Assembly: GCA_965200545.1 (NCBI GenBank)
Contig: CBDAUJ010000003.1
Span: 60,196-124,195, forward strand
Length of the DNA stretch: 64,000 nucleotides
Reading direction: 5' to 3'
From: Arenicellales bacterium
GTDB taxonomy: Bacteria > Pseudomonadota > Gammaproteobacteria > Arenicellales > JAJDZL01
Shown here piece after piece: positions 31,559 through 40,729 of this stretch (positions are counted from its first letter, which is position 1; each line of letters opens with the position of its first letter). A program made the position numbers and the translations under genes. The notes under the pieces are model-generated. The model was not told the origin of the DNA. It saw only the letters and a program-made list of their open reading frames with translations, and ran no database searches.

Positions 31559-32209
31559 TCAGATGATCTGTGCCTCCTTTTCTGCGGCGGCTTTCTGCGG
31601 TGGCATCTCCCGATGAAGCGCCGCTGGCGGCACCCACAGGTCGCTGAGATCAAAACGAATCTCCTCAAACGGCGGCAGACAGACCTGCGCATCGTCATGC
31701 AATCTGTCGATCAACACCCATTGCGAGTTCACAAGCCGGCGGGCTTCCAGATACCGCTGCACCGGATCCACGAACCAGAGGTATTCCACGCCTTCACGGG
31801 CGTATACCCCGCACTTGGCTTTGAGATCGAATTTGCGGGTTGATTTCGACAGTATCTCGCATACCCAGTCGGGCGCCAGAGTGAAATAAGCCTCTTCCGG
31901 CAGACTTGCCATTCGCGCCCTTCGCCAGCCTGCGATGTCCGGCACCAGCACGTCATCGCCGAAATGAAGCTCAGGCTCATTGAGAATCCACCACCCGCCG
32001 GGACCGCCGCGGCCGAAATGAAACGGCGGTATGATAATGCCCCCCAGTCCCGAGTAGGTGTATGCATGACGCGGCGCTGGCCGAGGAAACGTGTAGAGTA
32101 CGCCATCGACGATTTCAGCGACCATATGCGGCGGCGCGTCGAGAATATCTTGATAAGTCGCTCGACGCGGTTTTTCGCTGGATTTGGTTGCAGTTGACTT
32201 GTCCATCAT
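31559..32209 (-). CDS. Uma2 (DUF820) family PD-(D/E)xK endonuclease, copy 1
   Basis: ATYQD, AEIVDG, PRPAPRH, EPELH, VPDIAGWR, APDWVCEILS.ST and YLWFVDP. Confidence 0.93.
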   Translation of the reverse strand: MMDKSTATKSSEKPRRATYQDILDAPPHMVAEIVDGVLYTFPRPAPRHAYTYSGLGGIIIPPFHFGRGGPGGWWILNEPELHFGDDVLVPDIAGWRRARMASLPEEAYFTLAPDWVCEILSKSTRKFDLKAKCGVYAREGVEYLWFVDPVQRYLEARRLVNSQWVLIDRLHDDAQVCLPPFEEIRFDLSDLWVPPAALHREMPPQKAAAEKEAQII

Positions 32210-32409
32210 GAAATTAGAAACTCCAGGTTATCGAAACAATCAAATTCGGCTTTCGGCAAAAGAGCGTGACGATGAGTCAAGCGCATGCCATCCAGCAACC
32301 GGATGATAGACATGAATTATTGGGACTCGGTTCTAGCGCAAATGTGAATCTATTGCAGAATTCGGCAAAAATAACTGCCTCCTCTAAATTCAGCCAACAG
32401 TTGTTCAAT

Positions 32410-33063
32410 TCAGATGATCTCTGTCTCATTTTCTGCGGTAGATTCCGGTTGCGGTGTCTCCCGATGAAGCGCCGCTGGCGGCACCCACAGGTCGCTGAGA
32501 TCAAAACGAATCTCCTCAAACGGCGGCAGACAGACCTGCGCATCGTCATGCAATCTGTCGATCAACACCCATTGCGAGTTCACAAGCCGGCGGGCTTCCA
32601 GATACCGCTGCACCGGATCCACGAACCAGAGGTATTCCACGCCTTCACGGGCGTATACCCCGCGCTTGGCCGTGAGATCGAACTTGCGAGTTGATTTCGA
32701 CAGTATCTCGCATACCCAGTCGGGCGCCAGAGTGAAATAAGCCTCTTCCGGCAGACTTGCCATTCGCGCCCTTCGCCAGCCTGCGATGTCCGGCACCAGC
32801 ACGTCATCGCCGAAATGAAGCTCAGGCTCATTGAGAATCCACCACCCGCCGGGACCGCCGCGGCCGTAGTGAAACGGCGGCATGATGATGCTTCCCAGTC
32901 CCGAGTAGGCGTATGCATGACGCGGCGCTGGCCGGGGAAACGTGTAGAGTACGCCATCGACGATTTCAGCGACCATGTGCGGCGGCGCGTCAATAATATC
33001 TTGATAGGTTGCGCACCGCTCTCCATCGCTGGATTTGGCGGCGGCTGATTCTGATTTGTCCAT
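32410..33063 (-). CDS. Uma2 (DUF820) family endonuclease, copy 2
   Basis: Same motifs as copy 1. Confidence 0.93.
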   Translation of the reverse strand: MDKSESAAAKSSDGERCATYQDIIDAPPHMVAEIVDGVLYTFPRPAPRHAYAYSGLGSIIMPPFHYGRGGPGGWWILNEPELHFGDDVLVPDIAGWRRARMASLPEEAYFTLAPDWVCEILSKSTRKFDLTAKRGVYAREGVEYLWFVDPVQRYLEARRLVNSQWVLIDRLHDDAQVCLPPFEEIRFDLSDLWVPPAALHRETPQPESTAENETEII

Positions 33064-33161
33064 GATGAAACTGGAAACTGAAGGTTATCTAAACAATCAA
33101 ATTCAACTTTCGGCAAAAATAGCCGCATCCTAAATTTAAATTCAGCCAACAGTTGTTCAAT

Positions 33162-33815
33162 TCAGATGATCTCTGTCTCATTTTCTGCGGCGGCTTTCTG
33201 CGGTGGCGTCTCCCGATGAAGCGCCGCTGGCGGCACCCACAGGTCGCTGAGATCAAAACGAATCTCCTCAAACGGCGGCAGACAGACCTGCGCATCGTCA
33301 TGCAGTCTGTCGATCAACACCCATTGCGAGTTCACAAGCCGGCGGGCTTCCAGATACCGCTGCACCGGATCCACGAACCAGAGGTATTCCACGCCTTCAC
33401 GGGCGTATACCCCGCGCTTGGCTTTGAGATCGAATTTGCGGGTTGATTTCGACAGTATCTCGCATACCCAGTCGGGCGCCAGAGTGAAATAAGCCTCTTC
33501 CGGCAGACTTGCCATTCGCGCCCTTCGCCAGCCTGCGATGTCCGGCACCAGCACGTCATCGCCGAAATGAAGCTCAGGCTCATTGAGAATCCACCACCCG
33601 CCGGGACCGCCGCGGCCGAAATGAAACGGCGGTATGATAATGCCCCCCAGTCCCGAGTAGGTGTATGCATGACGCGGCGCTGGCCGAGGAAACGTGTAGA
33701 GTACGCCATCGACGATTTCAGCGACCATATGCGGCGGCGCGTCAATAATATCTTGATAGGTTGCGCGCCGCTCTCCATCGCTGGATTTGGCGGCGGCTGA
33801 TTCTAATTTGTCCAT
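33162..33815 (-). CDS. Uma2 (DUF820) family endonuclease, copy 3
   Basis: Same motifs; ATG at 33815 chosen by alignment with copy 2. Confidence 0.93.
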   Translation of the reverse strand: MDKLESAAAKSSDGERRATYQDIIDAPPHMVAEIVDGVLYTFPRPAPRHAYTYSGLGGIIIPPFHFGRGGPGGWWILNEPELHFGDDVLVPDIAGWRRARMASLPEEAYFTLAPDWVCEILSKSTRKFDLKAKRGVYAREGVEYLWFVDPVQRYLEARRLVNSQWVLIDRLHDDAQVCLPPFEEIRFDLSDLWVPPAALHRETPPQKAAAENETEII

Positions 33816-34331
33816 GATGAAACTGGAAACTAAACGGTTAATTGAAAAACGATCAAAGTCGATGTTTGGCAAAAGATTATGGGATGACGCGCATGCTGGC
33901 CTATATCCAGTCGATTGCTACAGACTTTCTGAATCTCGATTCTAATGCAAAAGCAGTCTGCATGCAAATTTTCGGCGAAAAGAATTGCATATTGTAAAAT
34001 TCGGCCAAATCAATCTAATTTCCAGAGTTTTGATTATCATAGAATTTCATATACTTATATGTAATCGCTCTTGAGAGAGATTTAGCCTGACAACCATGGG
34101 TAAAAACAACTCATTGCAGGTGCTGCTCAAGCTCATTGCTGGATGCTGGCAATAAAAACCAGCAGGCTGGGAGATACAGTTTATCAGCGCTGAAAAGTGA
34201 TTGGTTTCACTTGAGAAAAGGTTGATATTTCCGGCAAAAAGAAAATAGAGAAAAATTACGATATGTCGACATTTGAGACGCATTAAATTGACACTCACTG
34301 CCACTGTTGATAGCGGGCAAGGCAGAAGCGA

Positions 34332-35369
34332 TTGAATAGCCACAAATTTACGTCGCTCGCAACGAAGCGGGTCGCAATTCATCAAGCGACTCAGGTTGTC
34401 CGGGACATTCTGCGAAAATGCGGCTGCAGCCCCGGCACATCAGAATTCGTAACAGCGCACCTGATCGATACAAGCCTGTCGGGGATTGAAAGCCATGGGG
34501 TTACACGCGTCTTGCAGTATGCTGAACAGCTGCAAGAAGCGAGTATCATTCCGCAGGCGGAACCTGAGTTGAGGGTCACCGAAGCCGGCATCGAATATGT
34601 CGATGGCGATCAAGGCATTGGAATCCCTGTGATGCAAATGGCTTATGAGCGGGGTATAGAGCTGGCAGATAAAAATCGAATCGCAGTGATTGGGGTTCGC
34701 AATGCGGGACACACGGGGCGGCATGGTGCATTTGCCGATTTCGCAGCTCAAAAGGGCTGCTTTACCCTTTGTTTCGGAGGCGGCAATCGAAAAAAATGGC
34801 GGCAAGTCGCACCGTATAACGGCCGCCAGGCGATTTTGCCAACCAATCCATGGTGCATCGGGATGCCAGGAGATCGGGACGGATCGGTGTTCGTCGACTT
34901 TGCAACCTCAGCAATCGCTGGCGGCTGGATTTATGCCGCTCAGGCACAGCTCGCAGAAAATTGGATTATCGGTCGAGATGGTCATCCGACCAGCAATCCG
35001 CAAGACTATTTTGATGGCGGAGCCATCCAGCCTGCAGCCGGCGCCAAAGGATACGGATTGGCACTGATTGGAGAGTTGGTCGCCGAGGCCATGCTCGGCC
35101 CCGCAGATTTTGACTGCAATTGGCTGATTATTGCGATGGCGGTGGAGAATTTCCGTGCATATGAGGGATTCGCTGTTGCCGCAGAAGAAATTCTCGGGGA
35201 GCTTCGCGATTGTCCACCGCTGCCGGGTAAAGACAAGGTCAAGATTCCAGGCCAATTTGAGCGCGAAATGAATATGCTCGGCAGGAAATTGGGCTTGGTG
35301 ACGCTCCCAGCGTCAATATGGGAACAGATTGAGCAGCTACATGCCAGACTGGATTGTGACTCCAACTGA
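34332..35369 (+). CDS. Ldh_2 family oxidoreductase (malate/L-lactate/ureidoglycolate dehydrogenase-like)
   Basis: GIESHGVTR, HTGRHG, PTNPWCIG, DFATS, KGYGL and IPG. Confidence 0.9.
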   Translation: MNSHKFTSLATKRVAIHQATQVVRDILRKCGCSPGTSEFVTAHLIDTSLSGIESHGVTRVLQYAEQLQEASIIPQAEPELRVTEAGIEYVDGDQGIGIPVMQMAYERGIELADKNRIAVIGVRNAGHTGRHGAFADFAAQKGCFTLCFGGGNRKKWRQVAPYNGRQAILPTNPWCIGMPGDRDGSVFVDFATSAIAGGWIYAAQAQLAENWIIGRDGHPTSNPQDYFDGGAIQPAAGAKGYGLALIGELVAEAMLGPADFDCNWLIIAMAVENFRAYEGFAVAAEEILGELRDCPPLPGKDKVKIPGQFEREMNMLGRKLGLVTLPASIWEQIEQLHARLDCDSN

Positions 35370-35406
35370 ATCAACTGAAGCAGCTTAAGTCAGGATTGTT
35401 GCAGGC

Positions 35407-36612
35407 ATGACTCAAAACCGGTTTACGCCGCTTGAGCGTAAAGCGATATTTTCACTGTCGTCGATTGTCTCAGTACGCATGATTGGGCTGTTTCTGATTG
35501 TGCCTGTACTCGCATTGCATGCGCATGAACTGACCCATACCACCCCTTACTTGATTGGGCTCGCGCTAGGAATCTACGGACTCACCCAAGCGCTGTTTCA
35601 GGTGCCTTTCGGTGCGCTTTCAGATCGATTCGGCCGCAAGCCGATGATTGCGCTGGGACTCATTGTTTTTGCATTCGGATGCGGAATTGCCGCTGAATCG
35701 ACATCAATCTATGGAGTCATTGTCGGCCGAGCGATGCAAGGCGCCGGCGCCATATCGGCGGTTGTATTGGCGTTTATTGGCGATTCGATTCGATCCGCGC
35801 AGCGCACTAAATCGATGGCGATCGTCGGTGTGTCGATCGGCGCAGCTTTCACTGTTTCGCTGATGCTTGGACCGCTATTGGACAGTCTGATTGGATTGCG
35901 AGGCATTTTTTGGGTTGCGTCCGCTATGGCCGTGGCCGGCTTGATCGTGCTCTTTGCAGTGGTGCCTCAGGCACCCGGCAGGTCGCAAAATCACGTGCGC
36001 GACAAATTCACGACCGCACTTGCGAACGCACTGAAAGACAAGCAGTTGCTGGCGCTGTTCAGCGGCACTTTTGTCATCCATGGTCTGCTGACAGCGCTAT
36101 TTTTAGCCTATCCGATCCGTTTGCTTGATGTTTCGGACTTTACCCGTGATACAACTTGGAAAGCTTTCTTGCCGATTTTGCTGCTGTCGTTTGTCGCCAT
36201 GCTCCCGTTGCTTCGCCTCAGTGGCAAGCGCAATCAATCTCTTCCAGTGATGATGATCGCCGCCAGCTTGATTCTTGCGGCGCAAGCATGCTTTTATTTT
36301 GGCTCGTATTTCAGTTCAGTCGAGCTGATGCTAGTGGGGCTTTGGCTGTTTTTTGTCGGTTTTAACTCGCTTGAAGCACTGTTTCCGTCCACTGCAGTCG
36401 GCCGCGCATCCGAGGGTCAGCGAGGCACGACAATGGGCCTGTTTAATACTTGTACATTCAGCGGTGCTTTCCTCGGGGGAGTCATGGGCGGTATCGTCTT
36501 CACGCATTTTCGCGCAGACGGAGTATTCATGTTCGCAGGAATTGTTATACTCTTATGGATAATCGCTATCGCATTTGTGAAGTCAGCAAACGGTGGCGGT
36601 GCGCACCATTAG
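35407..36612 (+). CDS. MFS transporter, YajR-like
   Basis: ERKAIFSL, GIYGLTQA.FQ.PFG.LSDRFGRKP; lies directly upstream of ssb. Confidence 0.9.
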   Translation: MTQNRFTPLERKAIFSLSSIVSVRMIGLFLIVPVLALHAHELTHTTPYLIGLALGIYGLTQALFQVPFGALSDRFGRKPMIALGLIVFAFGCGIAAESTSIYGVIVGRAMQGAGAISAVVLAFIGDSIRSAQRTKSMAIVGVSIGAAFTVSLMLGPLLDSLIGLRGIFWVASAMAVAGLIVLFAVVPQAPGRSQNHVRDKFTTALANALKDKQLLALFSGTFVIHGLLTALFLAYPIRLLDVSDFTRDTTWKAFLPILLLSFVAMLPLLRLSGKRNQSLPVMMIAASLILAAQACFYFGSYFSSVELMLVGLWLFFVGFNSLEALFPSTAVGRASEGQRGTTMGLFNTCTFSGAFLGGVMGGIVFTHFRADGVFMFAGIVILLWIIAIAFVKSANGGGAHH

Positions 36613-36650
36613 TCAGGGGTGGATTCGGGTGATTTGCTTTAAGGATGTAA

Positions 36651-37142
36651 ATGATGTCAACGTTGAATAAAGTCATGCTGATTGGCCGCTTGGGCCGCGA
36701 CCCAGAGAAGCGCAGTACCACAACCGGCACGACCGTTGTAAATCTGAGTGTCGGTACCAATCACAGCTATACCAATCCGCAGACTCACGAAAAAGTGGAG
36801 TCGACCGAATGGAGTCGGATCGTGTTGTTTCGCCAAAGTGCCGATTTCGCCGCCCAGTATGCGCGGAAAGGGCAGCTGGTTTATGTTGAGGGACGACTGC
36901 AGACTCGAAAATGGGAAGATAGTCGAACCGGCCAAGATCGCTATACGACGGAGATTATCGCACGGGAATTCCGTTTGCTTGAGCGCGCTGAGCGCGCGCA
37001 GTCTGATGGTGACAGCATGCGAACTTCGCCGCCAGCCAGCCAGACCGCGCCGTCTTACTCCCAGCCGTCCAGTGCCGCACCGGCGCCGGCGACGGGCGGT
37101 GCTGCGATTCCCGATGAGCCGCTGGACGATATTCCCTGGTAA
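36651..37142 (+). CDS. ssb: Single-stranded DNA-binding protein
   Basis: LNKVMLIGRLGRDPE, VYVEGRLQTRKW, RYTTEI; acidic tip DDIPW. Confidence 0.97.
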   Translation: MMSTLNKVMLIGRLGRDPEKRSTTTGTTVVNLSVGTNHSYTNPQTHEKVESTEWSRIVLFRQSADFAAQYARKGQLVYVEGRLQTRKWEDSRTGQDRYTTEIIAREFRLLERAERAQSDGDSMRTSPPASQTAPSYSQPSSAAPAPATGGAAIPDEPLDDIPW

Positions 37143-37165
37143 GCGGACTTCGCGCCGACTGGCTG

Positions 37166-37648
37166 TTATCGGTCCGCGTTGCCGCAAGAATTTACGGTGT
37201 TGCGCGCGCGCTGTTTCGCGGCGATAAATTCCGTTTGTGAAATATGCAGCAGCGATTTCAGTTTCCGCATCAGGTGCTGTTCATTTGAATCCAGTCTGTG
37301 GTCACTCAAAATAACCGTCCACATTGACTCAATCAGCCGAATTTTTGTTCTCACATCCCAATTCTGGTTGATGAGTCGGGTCATTTCGAACAGACAACTG
37401 GCTTGACTGAGTTCCTCTCGAGCTTTATCGAGAGTACTTTCAATATCTTGCGGAGATATTTCAAAGTATTCTGTGAGTGTACTCCTAATGAGTTGCATTT
37501 CTTCATCATCAACCACTGCGTCGGCTTTGGCGACTTCGATCAGCAATGCGGCGGCTGCGCAAGCCGTCGCCTGCGGCTCATCCCCAGCAGGATTTTCCGT
37601 TTCCAGATCAAGGAGACTTTCCAGTCGCTGTCGAATTGATTGGAGCAT
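37166..37648 (-). CDS. TerB-family protein
   Basis: AAALLIEVAKAD...D.EE, LFEMTRLIN, and MW.V..SD..LD.NE. Confidence 0.85.
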   Translation of the reverse strand: MLQSIRQRLESLLDLETENPAGDEPQATACAAAALLIEVAKADAVVDDEEMQLIRSTLTEYFEISPQDIESTLDKAREELSQASCLFEMTRLINQNWDVRTKIRLIESMWTVILSDHRLDSNEQHLMRKLKSLLHISQTEFIAAKQRARNTVNSCGNADR

Positions 37649-38062
37649 GTACGGTTTCAGCGGATTGCAAGAATAGGGAGGTTTAGAAGCGTGCTAATCG
37701 ACTCTATCCGAACCTGATCATCAGGATGTGGCGCAAATTATAGAGTTTCATTTCATCATGGGCAGCGCACAGACACAAGGTGTTTTGCTGCAGCGTGGCC
37801 CAAATCAAAGAGCAACACTGAGCATCGACAAAAATGCATCCGTCGAAATCGCTCGGCTGAATGGATTTCCTATATCAGCAAGATTGGGAATAGATTTTTG
37901 AAGAAGAGCCTTCATTCAATATGGCTTTTGCCACAGCTCGATTTTCACTCGTCGAGTGAAAGGAACCACCGCCATAGAAGCACAAGACTTTTTTTGAAAA
38001 ATTTTGGGAATTATCCCTAATCCTAATCCTAACCCTAGTCATCTGAAAAATTAAAAAAATTA

Positions 38063-38092
38063 TTGACTTTGCCTAACCATTTCTGCTATAGT
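38063..38092 (+). promoter_or_regulatory. Sigma70-like promoter inside the IS left end
   Basis: TTGACT-N18-TATAGT with an extended TGn, 35 nt upstream of the transposase ATG. Confidence 0.5.
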
Positions 38093-38127
38093 GACGCCAT
38101 TGAAGCAATTATTTGAGGTGTTGGAAG

Positions 38128-39060
38128 ATGTCAAGAAAAGCAAGCCCGAGCAAGTCATGCAGGGAAGGCATGTCGCTTGCCGAGCTGTTCAGGAAATTTC
38201 CGAGCGACGAGGTCGCGGAAGAGTGGTTTATCAAGACAAGATGGGATGACCAGGTAATCTGTCCCAAATGCGGATCACACAATATCCAGGATAAAACCAC
38301 ACATCCGCATATGCGGTTTCGCTGCCGAGCCTGCCGCAAGTTTTTTTCAGTCAAGACCGGCACAGTCATGGAATCGTCCAAGCTTGGATGCCAGGCCTGG
38401 GCAGTCGCCATCTACCAGATGACGACCAATCTCAAGGGCGTATCCAGCATGAAGCTGTCGCGTGATCTGGATATCCAGCAGAAGCACGCCTGGCATCTGG
38501 CGCATAAGATCAGGGAGACATTTGCTGACAGCGACAGCATCTTTTCAGGTAAAATCGAAGCGGGCGAGACGTACGTCGGCGGACTTGAGAAGAACAAGCA
38601 TCAAGACAAGAAGCTGAACGCCGGACGCGGCGGAGTCGGCAAGGCGGTCGTAGCTGGCATGAAAGAAAGGGCAACGAATCAGGTGACCGCAAAGGTTGTC
38701 GGCAATACCAAGCGGCCGACGCTGCACGGATTCATTGAAGAGAATGCTGAGAAGGGATCGGAAGTCTTTACCGATGACCTGAAAAGCTACGAGGGTCCGG
38801 CGAACTTCGAGCACAAGAGCGTAAAGCACTCGGTCGCCGGGCAGGAGGATGTCAATGGCATCGAGTCTTTCTGGGCAGTGCTCAAGCGGGCGCACAAGGG
38901 CACATTTCACAAAATCAGCCACAAGCACCTGAACCACTATGTCCAGGAGTTTGCAGGCCGCCACAACCACCGCCCGCTGGACACCGTCAATCAGATGCAG
39001 GGCATCGTCAAAGGGTCAGTTGGAAAGAAACTGACTTACAAGCAGCTGGCTGCCTGGTGA
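38128..39060 (+). CDS. IS1595-family transposase, probably catalytically damaged
   Basis: Zn ribbon CPKC...CRAC, KGVSSMKL, TDD and NGIESFW. It has EAGETY where copy 2 has EVDETY. Confidence 0.9.
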   Translation: MSRKASPSKSCREGMSLAELFRKFPSDEVAEEWFIKTRWDDQVICPKCGSHNIQDKTTHPHMRFRCRACRKFFSVKTGTVMESSKLGCQAWAVAIYQMTTNLKGVSSMKLSRDLDIQQKHAWHLAHKIRETFADSDSIFSGKIEAGETYVGGLEKNKHQDKKLNAGRGGVGKAVVAGMKERATNQVTAKVVGNTKRPTLHGFIEENAEKGSEVFTDDLKSYEGPANFEHKSVKHSVAGQEDVNGIESFWAVLKRAHKGTFHKISHKHLNHYVQEFAGRHNHRPLDTVNQMQGIVKGSVGKKLTYKQLAAW

Positions 39061-39061
39061 A

Positions 39062-40354
39062 ATGACCGGCTGCAACGTTCCCAACCGCACGATATTCTGC
39101 GATGACAATCTTGACATCATGCGGGGCATCAATTCCGAGTGCATTGATCTGATCTACCTGGATCCGCCTTTCAACAAGAATAAGAAGTTCACTGCGCCGA
39201 TCGGCTCAAGCGCAGAGGGGGCGGAATTTTCAGATATCTTCCGGCAGGAGGATGTCAAGGATGAGTGGCTTCTGGCGATTGCAGAAGACCAGCCTGAGCT
39301 TTACCATTATCTGAATGGAATAAAAGGTGTTGGAAAATCCTATAACTTTGCTTATCTGGCTTATCTGGCGATCCGACTGCTTGAATGCCGGCGGGTCTTG
39401 AAGCCGACCGGCTCGATCTATCTGCATTGCGACCCGACCATGAGCCACTATCTTAAAACAACAATGGATTGTGTTTTCGGTGAAGATGGTTTTCGCAATG
39501 AATTGATTTGGTGCTATACCGGGCCTAGCAATGCCCGTAAATATTTTCCAAGAAAGCATGATGTGATTTTGTTCTACGCCATGCAAAAGTTCAATTTCAA
39601 TCGAGATGCGGTTCGTGTGCCCTACAACCCCGAGACAATGGCAAGAAGGGGCAGAGTTGAAGGAGTGCAAAGCATTATCTCGCCATCAGCAGAAACGCAG
39701 CAGCGCCGAAGCAGAGAAACTGTAGCGAAGCTGTTTGGTGATGGCAAGGTGCCCGAGGATTGGTGGCCTGATATATCCACGCTTACAAACCAGGCGGAGC
39801 GTATTGGCTACCCGACTCAAAAACCTGTTGCTTTGCTGGAGCGGATTATCAAAGCATCCAGCAATGAGGGTGATATGGTTTTGGATCCGTTCTGCGGATG
39901 CGCCACGACCTGCGTGGCAGCCGAGCGCTTAGGCCGCCAATGGATTGGCATAGATGTATCAATCAAAGCCTATGATCTAGTCAGAGAGCGTCTGACGAAA
40001 GAGGCGGCTGATCCGGGTGACATTCTTAAATATCAGAACGAAATCTATATGCAGACTGATTCGCCCCGGCGCACGGACTTGGCGATTGACTATCGAGAGA
40101 AGAAATTTGTTTACGTCATATCGCACCCGGCCTATCCAAACGAATACAAGGTTGGGATAGCGAAGGACTGGAAGTCGCGTCTGAACTCTTATCAGACTTC
40201 AGACCCGGATCGCCAGTATAGAATCGAGTTCAAGCTGGAGACGCCGTATTTTCGAGAGACTGAAAAGCATATCCATCAAATATTCCCCAACAAGCATGAA
40301 TGGGTGCAAGGAAAGTTAAGGCAGATTATTGCTGAGATTGAGAATTACAGTTGA
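39062..40354 (+). CDS. Amino-DNA methyltransferase (beta arrangement) fused to a C-terminal GIY-YIG (T5orf172/MUG113-like) domain
   Basis: DLIYLDPPF, YPTQKP..LLERII, LDPFCGCATT; then FVYVISHPAYPNEYKVGIAKDWKSRLNSYQTSDP...EKHIH...EW. Confidence 0.88.
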   Translation: MTGCNVPNRTIFCDDNLDIMRGINSECIDLIYLDPPFNKNKKFTAPIGSSAEGAEFSDIFRQEDVKDEWLLAIAEDQPELYHYLNGIKGVGKSYNFAYLAYLAIRLLECRRVLKPTGSIYLHCDPTMSHYLKTTMDCVFGEDGFRNELIWCYTGPSNARKYFPRKHDVILFYAMQKFNFNRDAVRVPYNPETMARRGRVEGVQSIISPSAETQQRRSRETVAKLFGDGKVPEDWWPDISTLTNQAERIGYPTQKPVALLERIIKASSNEGDMVLDPFCGCATTCVAAERLGRQWIGIDVSIKAYDLVRERLTKEAADPGDILKYQNEIYMQTDSPRRTDLAIDYREKKFVYVISHPAYPNEYKVGIAKDWKSRLNSYQTSDPDRQYRIEFKLETPYFRETEKHIHQIFPNKHEWVQGKLRQIIAEIENYS

Positions 40355-40376
40355 CTTTGAAATGGAGAGTCATGCT

Positions 40377-40511
40377 ATGAAACGAAAGCAATCAAAATAC
40401 AGCGAGCATTTTGAGCGAATCGAAACCTCGCCAGAAGCATTGGCCAAAAAAATTATGAATACACCGCCGAAGAAGAGAGACGAATGGCAATACAAAAAGG
40501 CGCAATCATGA
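40377..40511 (+). CDS. Small basic hypothetical protein (44 aa) inside the IS1595 element
   Basis: GGAG RBS at 40364; its stop overlaps the next start (ATGA). Confidence 0.55.
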   Translation: MKRKQSKYSEHFERIETSPEALAKKIMNTPPKKRDEWQYKKAQS

Positions 40512-40729
40512 ATGATCCGAAAATTGCATTTAGACTCACAGACAATCCAGAACCATACTCTGCGGCAACAGTTGAATTATTTGTATGCGATGCTCTGCAA
40601 TCATTCGATCTGCTTCTAAAAGAGAATGTTGATACGCTGTCCGTTGACGAGTTAAAGATTCAAGTTCTGAAAGCGCTTGCTTCAGGGCTTCGCAAAGCTG
40701 CAGATCAGATTGATCCGCCTTCTGATTGA
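40508..40729 (+). CDS. Small hypothetical protein (73 aa) inside the IS1595 element
   Basis: ATGA overlap with the previous ORF; ends just inside the right end. Confidence 0.5.
   Translation: MNDPKIAFRLTDNPEPYSAATVELFVCDALQSFDLLLKENVDTLSVDELKIQVLKALASGLRKAADQIDPPSD

Larger units (their letters stand above)
31559..34010 (-). repeat. Tandem array of three Uma2 gene + upstream spacer units (about 750-850 bp each)
   Basis: Near-identical CDS cores; homologous spacers at 32210-32409, 33064-33161 (shortened) and 33816 to about 34010 (diverged). Confidence 0.9.

Noticed and set aside
30891..31566. ORFs of about 100 aa between the secreted protein and the Uma2 array
   Set aside because: No motifs or convincing RBS; they cannot be supported as genes.
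31559..33815. CRISPR array, integron cassettes or a diversity-generating retroelement as the explanation for the repeats
   Set aside because: The repeats are whole genes. There is no repeat-spacer pattern, attC-like site, integrase or reverse transcriptase, and the differences are not adenine-specific.
38014..38037. Telomere-like CCCTAA/TCCTAA repeats
   Set aside because: They are part of the IS1595 terminal inverted repeat and are mirrored at 40775-40788.
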